Origin: Tubiluchus corallicola
Taxonomy: Eukaryota > Animalia > Priapulida
Direction: 5' to 3'
DNA length: 64,000 bases
Assembly: GCA_030141605.1 (NCBI GenBank)
Contig: JAQGDQ010002372.1
Location: 186,001-250,000 of the forward strand
The notes under the pieces are model-generated. The model was not told the DNA's origin. It saw only the letters and a program-made list of their open reading frames with translations, and made no database searches. Of this stretch, positions 55,932-64,000 are shown piece by piece (position 1 is the first letter of the stretch; every line of letters begins with the position of its first letter). A program made the position numbers and the translations under genes.

Positions 55932-57125
55932 TTAAAGATCATTTCCACAAAGTTTTTCAAATTTATGCGTATATTTGACTTTGTTTACAGTAAATTGTGT
56001 CATAAAACAGTTGATATGTTCGACATAGTCAGCATATTTAGTTTCGGGACATTTTAAGACCGCATGAGTAAGTCTGAACAACATTCAAATCACAAAATTG
56101 ACATTCAGCATATTTAGTTTCGGGACATTTTAAGATCGCATGAGTAAGCGTTTGAACAACGTTCAAATCACAAAATTGACATTCAGCATATTTAGTTTCG
56201 GGACATTCTAAGACCGCATGAGTAAGGGCCTGAATAACATTCAAATCACAAAATTGACATTCAGCATATTTAGTTTCGGGACATTTTAAGATCGCATGAG
56301 TAAGCGTTTGAACAACATTCAAATCACAAAATTGACATTCAGCATATTTTGTTTCGGGACATTTTAAGACCGCATGAGTAAACGTTTGAACAACGTTCAA
56401 ATCACAAAATTGACATTCAGCATATTTAGTTTCGGGACATTTTAAGATCGCATGAGTAAGCGTTTGAACAACGTTCAAATCACAAAATTGACATTCAGCA
56501 TATTTAGTTTCGGGACATTCTAAGACCGCATGAGTAAGGGCCTGAATAACATTCAAATCACAAAATTGACATTCAGCATATTTAGTTTCGGGACATTTTA
56601 AGATCGCATGAGTAAGCGTTTGAACAACATTCAAATCACAAAATTGACATTCAGCATATTTTGTTTCGGGACATTTTAAGACCGCATGAGTAAACGTTTG
56701 AACAACGTTCAAATCACAAAATTGACATTCAGCATATTTAGTTTCGGGACATTTTAAGATCGCATGAGTAAGCGTTTGAACAACGTTCAAATCACAAAAT
56801 TGACATTCAGCTTATTTAGTTTCGGGACATTCTAAGACCGCATGAGTAAGGGCCTGAATAACATTGAAATCACAAAATTGACATATTCCATTTTCCTGTT
56901 TCATCCTGCTCCACCTGCCAGTCTCAATTCGTATGTAGTGGCAATTCTGAATCTTGAAATGATTATCCTGTAATGTTCGGTAAGAATGCTGTTATCATTC
57001 TTGTAAGGAGGGTTTAGTCTGCTCGTGGTTTATACTACTGTGTACACCCTGTTTCGAATCTGGATCATTTCCAAACGCAATAAGTACTTCATTCTTGTAG
57101 CATTCAACCTCAAGTTTTTCAATAA
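55932..57125 (-). mobile_element. 3' part of a LINE ORF (IETGRW / CCHC zinc-knuckle region) interrupted by amplification of the knuckle
   Basis: Minus strand, with frameshifts: NDPDSKQGVHSSIN..EHYRIIISRFR..HYIRIETGRWSRMKQENGICQFCDFNVIQALTHAVLECP. After the array it resumes TKYADYVEHINCFMTQFTVNKVKYTHKFEKLCGNDL* (stop 55932-55934). Confidence 0.8.
56031..56884. repeat. 78-bp tandem repeat, 11 units, with a 312-bp higher-order period
   Basis: Units start at 56031, 56107, 56185, 56263, 56341, 56419, 56497, 56575, 56653, 56731, 56809. The gggcctgaata variant recurs at 56185/56497/56809 and the gagtaaacg variant at 56341/56653. Confidence 0.95.
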
Positions 57126-57603
57126 TTACCACAAAACTTAATATACATGTAACCAAGAACTTTCAAAGCACCGCATATTTTTACAACAGCAGAAACTTTG
57201 GAAAGCAGGAATAATTAATCAAGAATGGTTTAGTTCCAAAATAAATTTTATAGAAATATCGTTTGTCTAAACGGAAAACTACAAGATGGAGACTTGGGAA
57301 GCAAAGTTGAAGTTAATTTACTGTTGCAGAAAACTTTTTTTTAATTTATGCAACCAAATGTGTTGGTCAATTATTACTTTGCACTGTTGCTTTTGTTACT
57401 GTCAGTTACAGAAAAAATTATAGCATCCAACATTAGTGACAGCCCAGGATATATGAGTACTGGTGCTAACTTCATAAACTGTATTTAAAAATTTTAATTC
57501 TGATATTCATGCTCTCATTCAGTACAAAATCATGGATACAAAACTTACCAAGTTCACACTGAAGCTCTGCTTATGATAGCTAGATGGTATTTTTTAATCA
57601 GCA

Positions 57604-57736
57604 AAAGTTCATGTGGTGTGTTAGCTCTTCACAGTCTAATTTTGACGTTTACTGCTGTGCGAATCTGAAAGTTCTTGTGGTGTGTTAGCTCTTCACAGTC
57701 TAATTTTGACGTTTACAGCTGGTCGCGAATCTGAAA
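57604..57736. repeat. 64-bp tandem duplication
   Basis: aaagttc.tgtggtgtgttagctcttcacagtctaattttgacgtttac occurs twice. Confidence 0.85.
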
Positions 57737-57802
57737 CAACGTGATGAAGGAAGTAAAAAGACTACGGCGAAAATGGATTAAATTTAAAGCACACTAAATC
57801 AG

Positions 57803-57916
57803 CGTTTATCAGACATCCGCAATGCGTTATGCGTTATTGCGTATCCAGCTGCGCATAAACAATCAAAAGGCGTGACTGCAGAAAAATCTAACGCAATAAC
57901 GCAGGTCTGATAAACG
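57803..57916. mobile_element. Tiny MITE-like inverted repeat
   Basis: cgtttatcagac...gcgttattgcg / cgcaataacgc...gtctgataaacg. Confidence 0.5.
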
Positions 57917-57940
57917 AGATCATTAAAAACAAAGCATGCG

Positions 57941-59707
57941 TGACGTCATATATACACAACGTAAATTAGAGAAAGAAAAGGAAATGTTAAACTATGTCCC
58001 CAAAAAACTTTCCATGCAAAATTACATTACTTGGTTTTCGCTTACTTGCTGGAAAGACTTATGTAACTAGAAAAGAAAATTTTTAATTATTTAAAATGTT
58101 TTTATCAATTGGTAAAATGTCACTGACTCACCCTCCAGGGGTGCACCACTCACTAACCAAGAACGTGTTTTTTAATCTTATTGAGAAGATACAATAATTT
58201 AAAATTTTTACTTAATTAGTGACGTGTGTGTTACGAATGCTCTTGATTATTTTTTCAAAGTTTACACAACATTATCTAAATTTGTTTCAAATGACCTACT
58301 ACCAAAATGACTGTGTCTAAAGGTGATCGCGGGAGTTTAAATATTTACACGTTTTATACAGCTTTGCTGCCAACTCAAGCCCCGTATGCAAAAAGGCAGT
58401 TTGTAAGTGGTATAAAATTTCAGGACGAACTTTTTAAACTTTATGTAAGTGGAGGGTTTCCTTGTGCTTTAAGTAAAGCTGGTCTAAAAACGTCCAATAT
58501 TCCTTATTTGTATTCACAAAGCTACCGAAAAGGGTAAGATTTAACTTCCAAACGTAAGATGTCTTATAAGAGGTACCGAACATATTTTTGATCATATAAG
58601 ACTTCATAACTCAAGCTGCCATCACAGCAATTCCTACTGTTATAAGGGAGTTAGTAGGTATGATTCTATTTCTTAATTAAAACTAATTAAAGTAGTTAAT
58701 CTAAATACTAACTAAAATAGTCAAAATTTTACAAAATATACGTGTTGATTTTTGAATACGTGCTGTATCACGTCTGAACTTTGCATAATTGATGATTTTG
58801 TAAAATTTTCAGACTAACTTAACTTAACTAACTATTAATTAATTTTAATGTTAGTATATTCTAATAAGAATTGGGCTTTTTAAGTTTTCGGGTGTGAAAT
58901 GGGCATAAAATTTGGTGTCAAAATGATGTTACCAAATTTAGCAAAACACGTTTGTGACTGAAGAAGCTCCCCTTTCCTAATTTAACCCTCTTCTACCAAC
59001 TACAGGCCTAATTTGTTATGCTTTGCAATAATTAACTAACGTAATACAATTAACTAGTGACACTAATTATTTCTTAATTTTGGTACTAAGTAAATAACTA
59101 AAAGCAGGCAGCAGCTTGAAAATGAAGTAAGTCTGTTGATGAAAAATAATAACGAAATTCAAACTAAAGAATCGGCGCTTCTTTTTAAACTTGTTTAATT
59201 AAAGCACATGAAAATCCTCCATTTACAAGCTTAAAAATTCGTTTTGAATTTTGTAATTACGTATTGCCTGTTTGCATGCAGGGCTTTCGTCGGCAGTCAC
59301 GCTGTAGAAAACGTGTAAATCTAAACTCCCGCGAAGACCGTTAGGCGCAGCCATTTTGATGATAAGTCATTTGAAACAAGTTTAGATAACATTGTGTAAA
59401 CTTTGGAAAATAATCACAGCATTCGTAGCGCACACGTCACTAACTGAGCAAAATTTTAAATTACTATCTTGTTAATAAGATTAAAAATACGTTATTGGTT
59501 TGTGAGTGGCGCACCCTGGAGGGTAAGTCTGCGACATTTTACCAATTCGTGAAAACATTTTAAATAATTAATAATTTTCTTTTGTAGTTACATAAGTCTT
59601 TCCAGCAGGATAGCGAAATACTATGTAACATAACTTTGCATGGAAAGTTTTTTGGGACATAGTTTAACATTTCCTTTTCTTCCACTGATTGTGTATATAT
59701 GACGTCA
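57941..59707. mobile_element. Non-autonomous DNA transposon with long (~300 bp) imperfect terminal inverted repeats
   Basis: tgacgtcatatatacacaa..aaaaggaaatgttaaactatgtccc..ctttccatgcaaa..tgctggaaagacttatgtaacta..ccctccaggggtgcaccactcac is mirrored at ~59400-59707. No long internal ORF. Confidence 0.8.
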
Positions 59708-60305
59708 TGTAATGGTGCAATCGGTACAGCATCACGGGGGATTTAAAATGAAAATAAACAAAAATTCCTTTCAACACGAGTACGATATACGCATAAAATT
59801 AATGTAAAGTAATATAATTTTTAAGACGATTTTTCTGAAGCCTAATTCAATCACCCCTTTTCTTGTCCATTAAGACAATAACTATTGCCAATAAGCATTG
59901 ACCAGCAAATAGTTGGAAAGACAAACATTAATCGTTTTACTAAAATTGCAAAGTATTTATAATCTGAGCACAATTGAAATTTGAGGCATATGACTTGCCA
60001 CTGTGTCAACGAAATTCTAAGAAAATTTTAAAGTGAGATAAACTATTCAATCTCCGAGAAAAACCTTAGGCTGTAAGCTAGATGATGACGTAAAAGTTTC
60101 ACGCTGGCACGTACGGATACCCATAAAATTATTTTGTGATAAGCAAAGCTCTTTTCACCATTATCACAGTTATATTCACTTCAATGGAATAGAATGTTCA
60201 CCCTGTAAAATTATCTGCAAGTCAGAGTTTCAGTGTGACAAAAAAGCTACTACAAAAAGGGTCCTAATAGTTACATGATTAAATTTTAATCTAATAAATT
60301 TAGGG

Positions 60306-60357
60306 GTGAGTGAGTGAATGAGTGAGTGAGTGAGTGAGCGAGCGAGCAAATGAGTGT
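60306..60357. repeat. (GAGT)n/(GAGC)n microsatellite
   Basis: Directly visible. Confidence 0.8.
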
Positions 60358-60471
60358 GATATAAACTTTACCCAAAGTTTGCCGTTGCAGAATGCACTAA
60401 AACCTGACCTATCAGATGTTGACCCTCAACACTCAACCTACTTGACCCTCAATACTCAACCTACTAGAGAC

Positions 60472-61277
60472 TGTGATGGCGGGGAATCTGCCTTGTAACA
60501 AACCTGATCAGTTTTCGTGCTACCTTGTAATACATTTGATAGAAAGTATTAAAATTATCAAGTGGATAAAGGATTACCGGCACAAGGATTCTGATCGACG
60601 ACCAACTTGTAGTTTCTGCATTTCCATCAGCTCTTTCCTGACCAGTTCTTTTTGGGCCTGTGGGATACGATATGGTCTCTGTCTGACTGGTGTAGGATCT
60701 GAGAGGATTATCTCGTGCTCAACTACTGATGTCCTTCCGGGAAGGTCAGTAAAAGTTTCAGAGAAATCTCGGAGGACTTTCATCAGCTCTTCCTTCTGCT
60801 CTTCAGTAAGTTCAGCAGGTAAAGTTATATCAGCTACACTTTGGGTGGCACTTGCTGTAGGTGGGAAAGCATAATCTGGCAATTTACACAAACGTTCACT
60901 GTCTGGCTCCTGATTATTTGAATCGTCCTCAACCCAATCATTATCAATATTGCTGGCAGGTGGCACAAGTCTGCTCTCCTCACATCTGGCAAATAAAGCT
61001 GTTCCCATCACGATCCACAAAGGGCTTGAGCAGATTAATGTGATACGTTTTAACATTTGCCCGTTTTCCTTTACCACCAATGTTGATTTTATATGTGAGG
61101 TCTGACACCTTGTCAGTTACTACGTATGGGCCGCGATAGTGTCTCTGCATTTTTCCTTTCCCTTCAGGCATAAGAATTAGTACTTTCTGGCCAATCTCCA
61201 GTACTCGATCAGTTTGGCTTGGCTCAGAGATTCATGGGCATCTTCCGTTGCATCCTGGAGTGCATTAATAATTCTTA
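60472..61277 (-). mobile_element. Gmr1-like Ty3/Gypsy LTR retrotransposon fragment (integrase C-terminus followed by RT N-terminus)
   Basis: Minus strand reads LEIGQKVLILMP..YRGPYVVTDKVSDLTYKI..YHINLLKPF (GPY/F integrase tail), then LTEEQKEELMKVLRDFSETFTDLPGRTSVVEHEI..PVRQRPYRIP (RT start). Possible LTR end ...ccatcaCA at 60472. Confidence 0.8.
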
Positions 61278-62011
61278 CTAGCACAGGCCCCGCAAAAGAT
61301 GTTGTGTATAATCAATAATACGCGAACATTCTACCTAGTCCTCATTTATAACACAAAGCCCATAACATCCTGCCTACTGTATGTCTGTTTATCTAACGCA
61401 AAGCAGCTTTTTGCTGAATTAAAGCTGTAAGCAGAGTACAATGGATGACGTCACTACAATGGCATGCGTCAGCAGTTTTCTAAGCGAAAATTGTCGAAAA
61501 TAGAACATCTAATTAACTTGCCAGTACTCCTCTCGGTGGACCTGACCTAAAATATAACCCACATCATCGTGTAGCCCTGTCCTTCCTCTTTGTAAAGAGC
61601 TGTATATCTCCTTCCGAGAGTCCCACCAGGCGACGCTAGAACGTTTTTTCCGTATGCTGTTTGGTCAAAATTTCGGAAAAATCGAGTTGGGTCCGGGAAA
61701 ACGCCCGTTGCGGGGCGCGGTGGTCCTCTCGGGAATTCTAAATATGCCTACTACACCCACCGCTGAACGGGCTATCTATCCATACCCAGCACCACCCTCG
61801 GCCCATTCCAGTTCTTCAGAAATAAGAGGTATAAGTTTTGCAAAAAACGACCGAAAAATGGTCATTTTTGGAGGTTTTCCGCCCCCCCCTCCCGGTGAGC
61901 CCGATTCGAAAAAAAATAAACCATCAATGGCACAACACTAGATCGAGACCTTTCGTTTGATATATAGATCGCCGCAAATGGTGCCGTCGTCGAAGCTGTA
62001 GCCTCGAATCT

Positions 62012-62043
<32 letters not shown>

Positions 62044-62869
62044 TATTAAGCCCATACCAAGAATATTAATATAAGAGACTAGCAAAGGCCCCGCAAAAGA
62101 TTTTGCGTAAAAAACCACGTATAATCAATAACACGCGAACATCCTACACAGTCCTCATGTATAACGCAAAGCCCGTAACATCCTGCCTACTTACCTAACG
62201 CAAAGCCAGCAGCGTTTACTCCTGCCTACTGTATGCTGCAAAGCAGCTTTTTGCTGAATTAAAGTTATAGACAGAGTACAATGGATGACGTCAGAACAAT
62301 GGAATGCGGTCAGCAGTTTTCTAAGCGAAAATTGTCGAAATTTGCGGAAAATAGAACATGTAATTAACTCATTGATACTCCTCTCGGTGGACCTGCCCTA
62401 AAATATAACCTACATCATCGTGTAGCCCTGTCCTTCCTCTTTGTAAAGAGCTATATATCTCCTTCCGAGAGTCCCACCGGGCGACGCTAGAACGTTTTTC
62501 CCGCATGCTGTTTGGTCAAAATTTCGAAAAAATCGCGAGTTGGGTCCGGGAAAACGCCCGTTGCGGGGCGCGGTGGTCCTCTCGGGAATTCTAAATATGC
62601 CTACTACACCCACCGCTGAACGGGCTATCTATCCATACCCAGCACCACCCTCGGCCCATTCCAGTTCTTCAGAAATAAGAGGTATAAGTTTTGCAAAAAA
62701 CGGCCGAAAAATGGCCATTTTTGGAGGTTTTTCGCCCCCCCCCCTTCCTCCCGGTGGGCCCGATTCGAAAAAAATAAACCATCAATGGCACAACACTAGA
62801 TCGAGACCTTTCGTTTGATGTATAGATCGCCGCAAATGGTGCCGTCGTCGAAGCTGTAGCCTCGAATCT

Positions 62870-62901
<32 letters not shown>

Positions 62902-64000
62902 TATTAAGCCCATACCAAGAATATTAATATAAGAGACTAGCAAAGGCCCCGCAAAAGATTTTGCGTAAAAAACCACGTATAATCAATAACACGCGAACAT
63001 CCTACACAGTCCTCATGTATAACGCAAAGCCCGTAACATCCTGCCTACTTACCTAACGCAAAGCCAGCAGCGTTTACTCCTGCCTACTGTATGTTGCAAA
63101 GCAGCTTTTTGCTGAATTAAAGTTATAGACACAGTGGATGACGTCAGCACAATGGAATGCGTCTGCCTTTGCGTCAGCAATTTTCTAAGCGAAAATCGCC
63201 GAAAATGGAACCTCTAACTAACTCGTTGATACTCCTCTCGGTGGACCTGCCCTAAAATATAACCTACATCATCGTGTAGCCCTGTCCTTCCTCTTTGTAA
63301 AGAGCTATATATCTCCTTCCGAGAGTCCCACCGGGCGACGCTAGAACGTTTTTCCCGCAGGCTGTTTGGTCAAAATTTCGAAAAAATCGCGAGTTGGGTC
63401 CGGGAAAACGCCCGTTGCGGGGCGCCGTGGCCCTCTCGGGAATTCTAAATATGCCTACTACACCCACCGCTGAACGGGCTATCTATCCATACCCAGCACC
63501 ACCCTCGATCCGTTCCCGTTCTTCAGAAATAAGAGGTATAAGTTTTGCAAAAAACGGCCGAAAAATGGCCATTTTTGGAGGTTTTTCGCCCCCCCTTCCT
63601 CGCGGTGGGCCCGATTCGAAAAATAAACCATCAATGGCACAACACTAGATCGAGACCTTTCGTTTGATGTATAGATCGCCGCAAATGGTGCCGTCGTCAA
63701 AGCTGTAGCCTCGAATCTTATATATATATATATATATATAAATAAATATATTAAGCCTATACCAAGAATATTAATATAAGAGACTAGCAAAGGCCCCGCA
63801 AAAAATTTTGCGTATAAATTTACACGTATAATCAAAAATACACAAACATCCTACCTACTGTTTGTCTGTTTATCTAATGCAAAGCCGCTTTTACTGAATT
63901 AAAGTTATAAGATTATAGACAGAGTACAATGGATGACGTCACAACAATGGCATTGCGTCAGCAGTTTTCTAAGCGAAAATTGCCGAAAATAGAACATCTA
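61278..64000 (-). mobile_element. Head-to-tail array of non-autonomous Helitrons (3 complete units and 1 partial)
   Basis: Units 61278-62078, 62079-62936, 62937-63783, 63784->end. On the minus strand the complete units start TC, and every unit ends CTAG. A cgcaaaa-NN-ttttgcg hairpin (degenerate in the leftmost unit) lies ~10 bp before CTAG. Junctions read CTAG|TC and the outermost CTAG is followed by T. Confidence 0.85.

Noticed and set aside
56031-56884. CRISPR-like array or genuine zinc-finger gene
   Set aside because: Units are contiguous with no unique spacers, the context is eukaryotic, there is no ATG start, and the flanks are LINE sequence.
61654-63835. Repeated 67-118 aa ORFs in the tandem array
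   Set aside because: They differ by frameshifts between units and show no Rep/helicase motifs; they are by-products of a GC-richer Helitron interior.

Overview
AT-rich, intron-containing animal (invertebrate-like) genomic DNA; the species cannot be determined from the sequence. The left half (3.1-32.5 kb) holds a cluster of five secreted-protein genes that I cannot assign to any known family. I reconstructed them by hand from GT-AG sites, and all splice in frame. Each starts with a tiny signal-peptide exon and encodes a mature protein with no cysteine. Three share a ~170-aa Tyr/Phe/Arg/Asp-rich domain (YYDIP ... LPxRxxFxxxG) and a conserved phase-2 intron. The other two are block-copolymer-like proteins with Tyr/Arg blocks and Thr-rich or Asp/Asn-rich spacers. 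Grainyhead-like motifs lie upstream of the starts. Next come a 7-exon MAGE/NSMCE3 gene (+) and a convergent 9-exon tan-like peptidase C45 gene (-). The right ~15 kb is repeat-rich: long microsatellites, MITEs, a LINE whose zinc-knuckle segment is amplified into an 11-unit 78-bp satellite, a Gmr1-type (INT before RT) LTR fragment, and a head-to-tail Helitron array. No database searches were run, so all novelty claims need checking.
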